Positions 12,828-25,783 of a stretch of DNA of 64,000 nt are shown here, one piece after another. A program made the position numbers and the translations under genes. Every line of letters starts with the position of its first letter. Position 1 is the first letter of the stretch. The notes beneath the pieces were generated by a model. That model worked only from the letters and a program-made list of their open reading frames with translations. It searched no databases and had not been told where the DNA came from. The DNA comes from Cystobasidiomycetes sp. EMM_F5 (Eukaryota), in NCBI GenBank assembly GCA_051047955.1, contig JBPGPT010000026.1, positions 62,001 to 126,000 on the forward strand, read 5' to 3'.

Positions 12828-13394
12828 GGAGTCAGCGTGTGCGTGTTCAGCAATACGAATGCTGCAAAAATAAAGCGAGCAAAACAGAGAACGCAGGAGG
12901 TAAAACTGTAGCAATAGCCAAAAAAACACAAAGTGATTGATGAATAAGCAATCAGGCAATAAATCTCGTACATTTCGGCAGACACTTGCTGAAGCTGAGC
13001 TACAACGGGTCGACAGCTGTTTGACTTCGAGCACGCTTTCAGGCAGGTCTAGTGATATGATGGCCCTTTCGTAACGTTAGAATGATACGCGATGACATTC
13101 GGTGTCGGGCAATTACACGCTGCAACGTAAAGTCGGCGGCTTGTCTCGACCACGCAATCCTTTGCCAGTCGCAATTCGGTGCACCGGTCGGCGGTCAACG
13201 CATCTCGGCCAAACTTCGGCCATACGACTGCAACAGGGCATCCGGGCACACTTTCGGGACATGACGACAGCAGCGATGCGCTGATGCAGAGGGTATGTAG
13301 CATGTAGACTTATGATGACTTTCCTTTCTGTTCCCGTACCTTACACCATTTCCATCCCAAGCTCTGTCCTTGTTCGCAAGGCGCCCCGCAAAGC

Positions 13395-13998
13395 ATGATC
13401 ACCTCCACTATCGAGATTTCAGCTCCGCCTGCCATTGTCAGAGATGTGGTAAAGTCTTTTTTTCTTTCTGAAGAGGGTGAATGCTGTCATACTGACTCGG
13501 TTCCGTATCTTATCAAGTGGCTCAATTTCAAGGACGTATCAGAATGGCATCAAGGCTTCATCGAATCTGTCGAGGTTGAATACTCTTCTGAGCCGGGACT
13601 CGTCTCCGGGCACAAATTAAAGCCAGGCGATAGATTGCATACGTTTGCTGCGGGGATGGAATTTCACCAAACCATACTCGAAAACGATGAGGAGCATATC
13701 AAATGGTACGGGCCGTGGTGGGGCTTGCTAAATGGGACACATGGTGAGTCACCGCACCCTCTGGTAGACCACTCAAATAGCTCTCTGCTGACTCTCACAT
13801 ATTGCAGAATACTCCTTCAAACCGTCATCCGTCACTCCAGGAGGTACCACCTTTACGCAAACAGAATGGTTCTCCGGCATTCTCTCTCCCTTTATGTTAC
13901 CGAGCATGCCAGGCGGCAAGAAGACTCAACTTGGCTTCGACTCCATCAACAAGGACGTCAAGACAAGAGCGGAGAGTCTGTTCAGTCAGACAATGTGA
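13395..13998 (+). CDS. SRPBCC / polyketide cyclase-dehydrase (START-like) family protein
   Basis: ITSTIEISAPPAIVRDV|WLNFKDVSEW, KWYGPWWGLLNGTH|EYSFKPS..GGTTFTQTEWFSG, GFDSINKDVKTRAE. Confidence 0.85.
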
Positions 13999-14469
13999 AT
14001 ATCGAATAGTATTGCGGGCTTTTTCAGTGATCTGCCGAGTAATCTGTCTCATCGTGTAGTGCAGTGTTCGAGTAGTTAGTGTCCTCTTGTTGATGCCATG
14101 CTCGGTTACGGAGTACGCGACTGTGCCTGAATGTAAATTGCGACCCAACGGGCTTCATACACCTACCAACTCGAAAGCTGAACGATAGCACGTACAATAT
14201 GTCAATAACTCGATATAATGATGATGACCGTGCTCCGTCGTATCCGTCCAAAACCTTTCCCAATCTGGCGGGGGGTATTGAGGGTGGCGCGCCGGTTTCC
14301 TGGGATGGATGTCGAAAACGAGATCAATATACTGCTTATTGGTAAATTGCAGGCACGAAGAGTACACGACTGAACTGAAGACTCTGCGTAAAGATGTCGT
14401 CGCTCCTCTTCCACCCTTCAGGCCGCTCGAGCGTTCGGAAGTACTGATTTCGGACAGGACGCAGTAGAC

Positions 14470-16277
14470 ATGGTGCTGCATCAACGAGCAAAGAGCGAGG
14501 CTAATCTCGGCTTGGGCATAGATGGAATGAAGCGTGACAGTCGAACTTCATTACTAGGACACGGTGAGCGAGCAGTGGATTCGAGCGCTCTTGAAAGCCA
14601 AGTCTAGGACTGACGGGAATATTCGACAGACGTGCGCAGGGGCAGCTTTGGAAGGCACAGAAAACAGAGCCGACATCCGCTGCTCCAAGGCCATATTCTG
14701 ACTGCTCTGGCTGCGTTGGTGCTGCTCATCCTCGCAATCGCCTTGATCCTCCAAGATGGTGTCAAACCAAACCTGGATGTTTTGCGAAGATGGCAGCCAG
14801 CTCCGGTTGAACAGGCTGTATTCCAGACACAAGCACAACGAAAAATCTGCCCGAGCTGTAATTGCTCCGATTTTGGGTCGTATGCTCTATCCAGCAAGCA
14901 CGGGAATTTGCCGTCTCTCGACAGGATCTACAGCGGCAAATCAACACCATCAGAGATGGCTCAATACCTCGCGACAAACATCTACATGCGATCGCAGGCA
15001 GATCCGACACCTATGGGAGACGATATACGTGCGCAAATGCTCTCGCACTTCCTGACTTGCCCCGACAAGCTCTTTTCGTACTCGTTTGACGGAATCCAAC
15101 TGCGGAGACCTACATCCTATATTTTCACCAGAGTGGGCGGCGGCGACCGTCTAGGAACCACGCAACTTCGTCTCAAGTATCTGCAAAGGCACGCGGACAC
15201 AATGAAGGAGTACAATAGTATGGTCGAGAAAGAGGGCTTCATGGATGGACTCGCTGCAAAAGACCGGCAGCTGCTGTGGATTGTGGTGGAAGACGATGAG
15301 GGCATCGACACCAAGACTGCTAAATGGCTCGCCAACTCTGGCATTCGTAAGTTGCAGTTCGTCAGGCAGTATTTTCGTGATCAGACTCATTTACCGCCGA
15401 CTGCCTCAGCGCACTTGTATTTCTCATGGGGTCCGACAAGGTGATTTCCCTCATCACGCATGTCGCTATGCAGCTGCTAATTGGTTTCGCTCCATGAACA
15501 GAACGATAGGCCTTTCTCAGTGGAGAGTAGTTTTGCGCACCATAGAGTTCCTTCGCGAAGACCTCCTGGCGTGAGTAGAGGTACAATGTGAACAGCGTAC
15601 GGCTGCTGATGGCATCTTTTCGCACAGCGACGGACCGGTCTACTCGCTGGATGCTGATAACTACGTCAAGCCAGAGCTGTTGAAGCGGATATGGCAGGTT
15701 GAAAAGGTCATAGTCTTTCAGATAGGTGGTTTCCGCACTGTCTACCCCGCTGGCATTGACAGCGACTGTGAGTCATATGCTAAGGATGTCATTTCGACGC
15801 GCAACTCACTGCAAGTTCCTCACAGGGGAAGGACCATTTGTTGAGGATGGCCGCATAAAGCACTGGCAGTCCGGTTGGCGACCAGAACGCACTTTCCCTA
15901 TCGACATGGGCGGCTTCGCTATCAATTCCTCTGTGATCGGACGTGAAGTAGCTGGGCGTGAGTGGTAGTGTGACTCTGCGGACACAGCGTATCGATGCTG
16001 ATGACTGGACCTTAGCATATTACGTACCATACAAAGAATGGACCGATATCGACACAAGCAACGAGAGCGAATTCCTCGCACAAATCTATGACGACAAAAG
16101 CAAAGCACAGCTGCTATGCAATGACTCTGTGAAGGACAAGTGCTATTTTGTAGGTCACGCCGTCCGTCTTTTGGATTTCTGGGCTAAAATTGCGGAAATC
16201 AGGCATGGCACAACCATTGGATGGAGGAGGAGATTGCCGAGAGGGGATGGCCAGCTCCTACAGCGCCGGACTACTGA
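14470..16277 (+). CDS. Glycosyltransferase family 43 (B3GAT/IRX9-like), type II membrane protein
   Basis: N-terminal TM (ILTALAALVLLILAIALIL), LLWIVVED, YSLDADN (DxD-like), EGP..WQSGWRPERTFPIDMGGFAINS, ESEFL, WHN. Confidence 0.85.
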
Positions 16278-16553
16278 TTAAGCGTCTCTTCCTCAATCAG
16301 CGGGTTCATAGCGAATTGTCAGCATAATTAAGGAACAGGCTGTCGGGTGAAGTGCATGGCTTGTTGCGGCTTGCAGTAGAGCGTAGTGTAAGTTGTTGTT
16401 GTTGTTGTTGCTGTAAGGCTATCTTGCATAGTCAATGTACTTAGGACTTCTTTGCATTTACACTTATTGCCTAGGTTGTTGCGAAACAGCGTGTTGACCT
16501 TGCTCCATGTGCCTTGACCCAATTCTGCCCCATCTGCGCGAAACCTGAGCAGC

Positions 16554-19424
16554 ATGAATCTGAATGAGATATCGCAGCGGATCCAAGCGCAGTTGGCGCA
16601 GACTAAAGGGCGGTCGTACTTTGGAGGTCCAGCGAGAACCAGAGGCAAGTGGCAGATTGGGCGTCAATGGTCATGGCAAAGCTGACCGCATGTCTGTATG
16701 CAGGCGAGGTCGCAGAGCTTCAACGACAGGTAGGCCATTGGCAGAGAGCGGGGTCTCCTTGTAACGATTGACCGGATGTCGATACAGCTCAATGCGAACG
16801 CGTCGTGGGAACGCAAAGATGCCATCAAAAGAGTGTGAGCTGGACGCGAGTCTTCTAGTCAACACCATCGCAGAGTGCTGATGGATGTATCGTGCGCTCC
16901 GTTTTGGTCGGCTTATTCTGCGTGCATCTGCAGCATTGCAAACATGACTATCGGCAAAGATGTGTCTGGTCTGTTACCCTCGGTGCTCAAGAATATGCAG
17001 ACCGAGGATCTTGAGCAAAAGAAGCTCGTGTATTTGTATCTCATCAACTATGCAAAGACCCAGCCGGAACTGGTCATTCTTGCAGTCAATACGTTCGTCA
17101 AGGTGGGACTGATGCACCTCCAGATACGGCACTATAGGCTTACACGATGGCCCTCGTACCTTCTCACATAGGACACCGACGATGCGAATCCGCTTATTCG
17201 TGCGCTGGCGATACGAACAATGGGTATGCTCAGAGCCGACAAGATTATCGACTACATTTCCGATCCGCTCCGTAAATGCATACGGGATGACAACCCATAC
17301 GTACGCAAAACCGCTGCGTTATGCGTGGCGAAGCTCTACGACATCAAGCCGGACCTGGCTGTTGAAAACGGCTTCATTACAATGCTGCAAGAGTTATTAG
17401 GCGATAGCAATCCTATGGTGTGTGCTAATTGGCCAATACGTGCTTTTGCCGATTATACTGAGCATCGCATGCTGTTCAACAATAGGTCGTAGCAAACGCG
17501 GTGACTGCCCTTTCGGAAATAGAGGAAGTCGCCACAGAAGAGTCTGGCGAGAAAGGCACCATATTCAAACTGGATTCCGACTTGCTTGTGAAGTTGCTGG
17601 TTGCGCTTGGTGAATGTACAGAATGGGGTCGAATAGCCATCCTATCGGCGGTCGCCAAATACAAAGCAAAGGATGAAAAGGAAGCAGAACATATCTGTGA
17701 GCGCGTTGTGCCGCAATTCCAGCATGCGAACGGAAGTGTCGTGCTTGCAGCAATCAAGGTGTGAGAATTGACTGTTAGTAGAGTTATGCTGATCGATGAA
17801 TTCAGGTCATTTTGGTCAATCTGAGGAGTGTAACGCGCGAAGACTTTATACGCGCAATCACGAGAAAAATGGCTCCACCTCTTGGTGCGTCTTCTTTCTC
17901 AGAGTACCAGTAGGTCGTATTCGCAACTGATCACGCCTTACAGTCACACTCGTCTCATCCGCTCCTGAGATACAATGGGTTGCGCTGCGAAATATCAATT
18001 TGATCCTGCAGAAACGGCCAGACGTGCTCTCGAACGAAATACGCGTCTTCTTCTGTAAATACAACGATCCGTCCTACGTCAAACTCGAAAAGCTCGATAT
18101 CATGATCAAATTGGCGAGCGAGAAGAATATCGATACACTACTCTCCGAGCTGAAGGAGTATGCGAGTGAAGTCGACTACGATTTCGTCCGCAAGGCAATT
18201 CGTGCGATAGGGCAATGCGCGATAAAGATTGATACAGCGGCCGAGAGATGCGTCAATGTGCTGCTCGACCTCATTGCGACTCGCGTCAGCTATGTTGTAC
18301 AGGAGGCAATTATTGTCATCAAGGTGAGTCTTACTGGGTTTCACAATGATGACGCTGATTGAGCTTGATTATCGTAGGACATCTTCCGGAAATATCCCCA
18401 TCGGTACGAAGGAATTATACCTACGCTTTGCGCGTCCTTGGAGGATCTGGACGAGCCGGAAGCTAAAGCCTCTCTGATTTGGATTCTCGGAGAGTATGCG
18501 GAGAAGATTGATAATGCCGACGACCTTCTGGGCACCTTCCTAGCGACCTTTGGCGACGAAGCGCCATCCGTCCAGTTACAAACGCTAACAGCTATCGTCA
18601 AGCTATATTTAAAGAAGCCAGATTCTGCCGGCGAACTAGTCACGCGTGTGTTGGAATCATCTACGAAAAAGTGCGATAACCCGGATATTCGAGATCGGGC
18701 CTATGTGTATTGGCGCTTATTGAGTACTGATCCGGAAGCTGCAAAGGTGAGGATAGCAAAGTGCCAGTAGCCCGCAGAAAATGCTGAAGATACTTTTATG
18801 CAGTCTGTCATTCTCGCGCAAAGGCCGCCAATCAGCATACCTCAATCGACTGTCTCACCGGCTTTATTGGAGGAGCTGACCAACGAGATCTGTACACTTG
18901 CGGCAGTTTACCACAAGCCGACGGAAGCCTTTATCGGCCGCGGTCGTTTGGGAGCGGATGAACTTGGTCGCAAAGGACACGCAGCTGCCATGGAAGCCGA
19001 GGGTAGTATGTCTGGGGAGGGTGCTATTGCCGCTCTACAGACTGTAGCACAGGGGCAAAGAAGCGAGAATCTGCTAGATTTCGGTCTGGACGACGATGTT
19101 GGTGAAGTCAATACGCTTGGCGCAGCTGTCCAACAGGCTGCACTGAACGGGTTAGCGATGGGCGGGGCAGCAAAAGCGGCACCTGTCACCAAACCTGATG
19201 CAAACCCTATGGATGACCTTATGTCGCTGTTTGACAGTGCAGGCCTCGGGTCAGCCGCATCCGCTCTACCTGCGGCAATGCCGGCTAGGCCAACGCAAAA
19301 TGGACGCTCGGCGGATCCATTCGGAGGTCTCAATTTTGGTGGAGCATCACAAACATCATCACCTTCGCCTGCGCAGCCTTCTCAACCGAAAAGAACCGAT
19401 GATCTGATGGGAGACCTGTTCTAG
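16554..19424 (+). CDS. Clathrin adaptor complex beta subunit (probably AP-1 beta, Apl2-like)
   Basis: [81 protein letters not shown]. Ends in an unstructured hinge region. Confidence 0.93.
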
Positions 19425-19777
19425 GGCATGCTGCCTCTTGTAGGGAGGCTCGTGTTGTTACATGCTTTGCAGAGTTGCGTTCAGCAGTGTAGTCCTTCGT
19501 GATGTACCATATACGATAGAATGTTACGGGCATGAACGCTTTCGTGCGGAAGTGTCTGAGCGCATGCGGGTTCCATGTTACTCCCAAAACCCCGTCGGTC
19601 AGCAATCTTCACACAGTACCGCCACGTTGAGTGATTAGTGAGTCGTGTCAGCCAATCACTACGACATTAAGGCATGCAAATCTCCAGCATTGGCAGAATC
19701 ACATATGCTTGATTGCGCTCATTGCACCACATGGCAGTTTGTATATGGCAGTTGTCTGTTTGAGCATTGGCATGTAT

Positions 19778-20391
19778 CTACTTCTTTGCGTTCTTCTCAG
19801 CCTCCTTTGCCTCGAGGGCATCGAGATCCTTCTTCTGCTGCTCGAGCTTCTGTTGTGCTAGACGGTACTTTTCCTGAGTTGGAGTAATCAATACGGTGAG
19901 CGAGTCAGAGATGCAGAGTACGTCTGGAATGCTCTAATCTCACCCGCTCTTGTTGCTAAATGTGGTTTTCACGAGGTCGAAGCAAGCCGCCAAAGACACG
20001 TCAGTGACGTCCATCAAACGCAATACTATACGATACTGCCTCCGGCTGCTGTGTTGTATAGCGAGCAACCGTATCTGCACTTACAACGATGTACTGCTCC
20101 TCCTGCGCCTTCTCTATAAGTTGGTTCCGCATCATCAGCTCCCCCGTCGAGCATGACCGCATGACCATTCTCCCTCACCTCGTTTGGCGAATGAGCCGTC
20201 CCGGGTAGTATGACCAGCGTCACCACGGCCGTCTGCAGCACTGCGGAATGCGAAATTGGTGTCCATTGTGAGCTCTGTGGAATGGGGTGGTTGGATGCGA
20301 TGCGATGAAAGGCGTACCGGAGACTGGTTGTCGCAAACGAGCGGCGGACTGGGGCGCGCAGGGCCAACGACACTCGCGAGATGGTCATCAT
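19778..20391 (-). CDS. INH1: Mitochondrial ATP synthase inhibitor IF1
   Basis: Arg/Ser-rich presequence, then spliced DGSFAKREKAQEEQYIV|QQER|EKYRLAQQKLEQQKKDLDALE coiled coil. Matches the IATP FxKRE.A.E..Y motif. Confidence 0.88.
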
Positions 20392-20572
20392 TGTTGAGAT
20401 TTGTGTTGCTGCGTTTATGTGCGGCCTGAGCTTCAACTATCGTTTGAAACGAAACCCGGTTTGCAATTATCTTTTTGGCGGAGACTGTGACTGCCTTCTG
20501 GCCCAGCTCGAATACGGCAAAGTACGGCAACCCTCCCTGCAGCGGGACTTGATATTCGACATCTAGAACACA

Positions 20573-21357
20573 ATGCTGGCAGTACGTAGAGCAGCAGTGA
20601 CCCTGTCGGTGAGCTCGAAAGCCTCATCTGTTAGCGAGCGAGATGGGCGGAAAGGCTGATGGATGGGATTTCTCGCGGGGACTATGTGGGTCACTCTTTG
20701 CGGTCGCAGAGGAGTGTAGTACGATCCAGCGTAGTACAGCGAGGACTGGCGACGTCTGCCTCGCTCAGAAAAGGTCAGCCGTGCTCTCTGCGTCTTTGTC
20801 TGCACGGCCGGTGGGCATCAGCAGCAGTGGATGGCTCGACGGGCAGATGGACGAGCCGTTGGGAGGTATGTACTGACATTCTCAAACTGCTGCAGACTTT
20901 GTGCAAGATCTATACCTCCGCGAACTCAAGGGCTACAAGCCAAAGGAAGTTGTGCGTCTTTTCCCGTCAATCTCGAGTGGGAATCGGACTGACGGTACGC
21001 ATACATCGATGGGCACACTCGTAGGCCGCCAACGCCCACGTAGGTAATGTCAAGGAGTTCCACAGCCCCTCCGCACCAAAAGCGCCCGTCGTGCCCACTG
21101 GCGCAGATCTCGCCAAAGAGCTAGAGGCATACGACGCCGAGGTGAGTTTGTCCTCGGATTCCCTCAATCCAAGCATCTTTGGAATACATCATCTAATTCC
21201 AATCACACCGTCACAGGAACCATCTCTTGGAGCAGCCAAAACCGACGCATCCGCTTCCTCTTCGTCAGAGTCGGAGGGTTCGGATCAGTCCGCCGACGAA
21301 TACTTGGCCTTTGTAGAGCAGGAGGCAAAGAGGCAGCCAGCTCCAGCGCATCACTAG
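20573..21357 (+). CDS. ATP14: ATP synthase subunit h (peripheral stalk)
   Basis: Presequence, then DFVQDLYLRELKGYKP, AHVGNVKEF..PSAPKAP, DLAKELEAYDAE, ending in AHH*. Confidence 0.9.
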
Positions 21358-21644
21358 AAGCACAGAGACCAGCAGTATACGTGTCGAAAGGACGAAGAAG
21401 AGGGTGCAGACAGATGCCATAGCACGGGGCTCCAGCGATAAATGATGTAAGATTGCATCTCATGTCCCTCGTCAAGACTTCTTTGGCAAGCTGCGCACAT
21501 GTTACCAAGATTGACCTGGGCTGAATCGGTAACGTCGCCTGGATCAAACCCTGCGGAACTCCATGACTCAATCGCTCATCCTACCTGAACATGCGACTAT
21601 ACTGCTTTTCAGATACTCACGCCAGCACATTCCCTACCCTACTA

Positions 21645-23460
21645 TTACACTGACAATTGCGCTTCGGTCGCATTCTTGAGTTCACTCTCGTACGGTTTCA
21701 GCGCCGGCTTGACCCATTCCTCCAGGAATTTTACGACCTGCTGAGGGGCGCGCCCAACAAACGTGTTTGGGTCTAGCAGCGAATCGAGCTGCCCATGTAT
21801 AGGAGCAAAGAAAGAATCCTTCTTGACTCGCTCAATCAGGTCATTTTCCCCTCCTTCTTGCTTGACAACCGCCGCAGCCTCGTGAGACAGGACGCGAATC
21901 TTTTCGTGCACTATTTGCCGGTCGCCTCCTGCTTTGACCATGGCCATGATGATATTTTCAGTTGCCATGAATGGAAGTTCCTGATTTATCCGACGACGGA
22001 TGATGGCAGGATAGACGACCAGTCCCTCTGAAATGTTTTGCAGGAGGGTAAGCAGGATATCGGTCGTCAGGAACGCTTCAGGAATAGATACCCGACGATT
22101 CGCAGAGTCATCCAGAGTACGCTCAAACCATTGTACACTGGCTGTTGCAAGAGCATTCTGTGGCAGGATCATAAGATGCCGAGCGAGTGAGCAGACGCGC
22201 TCGCACCGCATCGGGTTACGCTTGTACGCCATCGCAGACGACCCAATCTGGTCTTTTTCGAATGGCTCCTCGACTTCCTTCAAGTTGGCAAGAAGCCGGA
22301 TATCGGTTGCGATCTTGTGAGCTGTGGCACCAAAAGAAGCGAGTGGTTGCAAGACATCAATGTCAATCTTGCGCGAATACGTCTGTCCGGAGACTGGATA
22401 TGCGTAAGGGAATCCGTTAAGCTCTGTGACTAGTTTGTCCAGAGCCTCGACCTGATTCATCGAAGCGGAGTTAGATGAACCGACCGCAAATCGCAAAACA
22501 AGCGCTCACTTTATCATGATCGCCGTCAAACAAGGTCAAGAAGCTCGCTTGTGTGCCAGTAGTGCCTTTCACTCCTCGGAAGCCTAGATCTGAGTAAGCG
22601 CGTTCGATATTCCGCAAGTCCCACAGCAGTTCCTGGATCCATAGAGTCGCTCGCTTTCCGACAGTCACGAGCTGGGCGGGCTGAAAGTGTGTCCATCCCA
22701 GTGTAGCTAGATCCTTGTACTTATCGGCCCAGCGAGAGAAGCGGTCAATGACGATGGCGAGCTTTGAGAGAACGAGCTTCAATCCCCGGCGCAGAAAGAT
22801 CAGATCTGCATTACTGACAGACAGAGGTTTGGATGAGGTACAAAGCACGCAGACGAGGAATGACTTACTCTGTGACGAAGCAGGAGGTTGCGCCCAGATG
22901 AATGATTGGAGCAGCGGTTGGAGCTACGAGGCCGAAAACGTGGACATGGGCCATCACATCGTGACGACGTTTCTTTTCTTCCACCGCGGCCTGCTCCATC
23001 TGCTCAGCATCCAGAGTCTAAAGAGATACGACATTGTATGAAACGAGATGTGTTGCGAGAATAGGAGAAATTTTGTAAAAGACAGGAATGGTCAAATGTC
23101 AGCCTTGGCGGTCATGTCGTGTACGAGTTCCCGCACGCATGAGCTTACCAGATGTTTCTCCATTTCCTCGATAGCCCCGTCTGGAATTGGCAGGCCGAGT
23201 TGCTTCTCTGCTTTTGCCAGGCTTAGCCATAGCTGTCTCCAAGTGCCAAAGCGAGTCTAGATATATCATATCACAGTCAGTAAGGAAGTCAGCAAGATCC
23301 AATGAAAACCCACCGCATTCGAAAAGAGTGACGACATCTCTTTGCTTGCATATCGCGACGACAGGCTGTTTTAATTTGCGGGAAATCAGCCTGTGAATGT
23401 GCAACTTTCTTGCATTCTGTCGTATTAATGATGAACCCACGGCGTCTGGTAAGAATCCAT
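21645..23460 (-). CDS. ADE13: Adenylosuccinate lyase
   Basis: [33 protein letters not shown], signature [16 protein letters not shown]. Confidence 0.97.
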
Positions 23461-23592
23461 GGTGTCGTATGGATGATTTCTGGTCGAAAGCAAGAACTGC
23501 GACTCCAAGCTACAAAGGTTCAAGCTGATCGGATACTGTAGCCAGGTATGATCCTGCACCAACGCCAACCCAAGACTTGAGCTACCTGCAGC

Positions 23593-25326
23593 ATGACCAC
23601 CAAAGGCAGCAGCAGCGGTCACTTTGCTGCAGTCACCGACTTTCCCGTCTATGCCGTGGCCTTTGCGAGCGAGAATGAGCTTATCGTAGCTGGCGGTGGT
23701 GGACCATCAAAGAGCGGGATAAAGAACAGCATTGTGAGGCTGCGAAGCGCAATTCAAAAGTAAAGTATGAATTCATGGATGAGTCTGACGCGCTGTGCCA
23801 TGCGTCTCTGCGGCGCCTGCCAGTCCATATACAACCTCAATACAACCCAGCAGCAGGTCGAGCGTGCGCAAGAGCTCGAATTGTCGCGCTCAGAAGATGC
23901 CCCAAGCACAATAGCCGTACATCCAAAGGTAGGTGGTGGTGCCCGCCGCCCTTCACCTTGGTAGCTGCGTTCAAGACCGCATGACGTATAGACTGAAACA
24001 CCACTCCTTTGCACGTTTAGCGGAAAGAACTCTTTGCCGGCATCAATTCGGAAGCGCGACTCGTTAAAGAGGGTACCAACGAAAACCTGCGCCTCTTTTC
24101 GTACTCTGATGGCCCGTTCGTGACTCTGCCAAATGTAGCTGAACCTGCTACGCGCTCTGACAGCATTCCCTCATAGCATCACACACGTCAGGTCAAAGAA
24201 GACACTCTTGACAAAGGATCCCGAAGTGTATCAGAAGATTACGACATTTTCAAAAGACGGCACCAAATTGGCAGTGGGCAGTAGCGCAAGCCAGGTGAGC
24301 CGGTCACACATACAATAGGAACGGATCAATCTAAATGCGCAGGTAATACGTTGTCTCAGCTGACGGTGCTATCATTGCCTGAGCTGGAAAATATTCTACC
24401 TCATCTAGACTTTGCGGATGATGAACTGTTTGACGCAGATTTTAGCGAAGATGGAAGCCTGGTAGGCTGATTGTACGCAATCCAGATTGGAACGCACGAT
24501 TAACTGACCGTGCCTCAGGTGCTGGGCGCATCGTCCGAGCGCATATGCGTGTGGAGACTTCCCGAAACCCCATCAGCGTCAGCCGATCCTCCGGAACCGC
24601 TACAAGTTATCGAACGACCGGTACTCAAGTCGTCTTTACGATGTACTTTCCGCGCCGCCCGATTTGGGCGGGGTGACACTGCAGCCCGCTTATTCACCGT
24701 CGTCAATGCTCATCCAGCATCGTCCGCTCAATCCGCTGGACGAAAGCGGAATTCAAAGGGTGTCGAGAGGAGAGCCTTTGTTTCCGTATGGGATGCAAAG
24801 ACCTGGGCCGTGACGACCACGAGGACTGTCTCGAGGAAGCCGGTGACGAGTTTTGATGTTTCGCCAAACGGCAAGCTGCTTGCAGTAGGGAGCGCAGATA
24901 TGTCTGTCGGCATCTTCAGTGCAGACGGTGTCAGGGTGTGTTCAAGACACTTCGATGACATTGATTTAATTCCGGACAAGACTGACTTGTGCCACTTTCC
25001 CACAGTTTCTGGTTAATGTCCTCTCTGCTCATAACTTCCCAAGCACCACATTGCGATTCTCTCCGTCATCGCAGTTACTTGTGTCCGGCAGTGCAGACTC
25101 AACGATACGAGTCATACTGGCAGACAAGGCTCTGCATCCAGGTATGCATGCATATTCAAAAGGAGGAGCTCAGACTGACGTACGTCCTGCTTCAGACCGG
25201 AACTCAAATGCCAAGACATTCGTGGCGGCCTTCATTGTTATATTAATCACGGTACTCATACGACTATATGGATCTCAGCATGTCCATTTGGCGCTAGAAG
25301 CTGCTAGACGGCATTTACATGTTTAA
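23593..25326 (+). CDS. SEC12: Sar1 guanine-nucleotide exchange factor Sec12/PREB (WD40 with C-terminal TM)
   Basis: FPVYAVAF..AGGGGPSKSGIKN K-loop motif, WD repeats (FRAARFG, SPNGKLLAVGSAD, LVSGSADSTIR) and a C-terminal TM helix. Confidence 0.88.
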
Positions 25327-25783
25327 TGTTCGCTAATACCTATAGAATGGCATTATTGCAGATTGATCAGGGTTCAGCAATCGCTGTAAAATCTATTCCT
25401 ATACTCACTCAGCATCTATAAGATCTCACAGATTGTCTCATGCCATGAGCAATCTGCATACGCATGTGAGGGAGGCCTGTCCCTCGATGCGAAAACCGAG
25501 TTCGGTCACCACAACACTGAAGATTCCGCTCCGAATCGCTCGCCATAGGGAGTAAGTACTCTACATCCTTGACAAAACAGCCGCCCTAGAACGTCAGACC
25601 CTTTCAATGGTACGGCGCGATTCCACTCGACTGCACAGCTTGTTTGATGAAGCTGTATGACAGGCTGTGCCAAAGCGGAGCACTTATGATAACTTGACGG
25701 TTCTCTCGTATTCGTTTGGGGTGGGTTTAAACCTGTGTGGCTTCTGAAGTTTGACCGGGCACTGCGACGCCGAAGCCATTACT

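Noticed and set aside
8443..13998. Secondary-metabolite cluster (DUF4188, SRPBCC cyclase-like, reductase)
   Set aside because: No backbone synthase, transporter or regulator, and the genes are separated by housekeeping loci.
16392..16411. (GTT)n microsatellite; also (GACT)n near 37615
   Set aside because: Short ordinary intergenic microsatellites with no sign of function.
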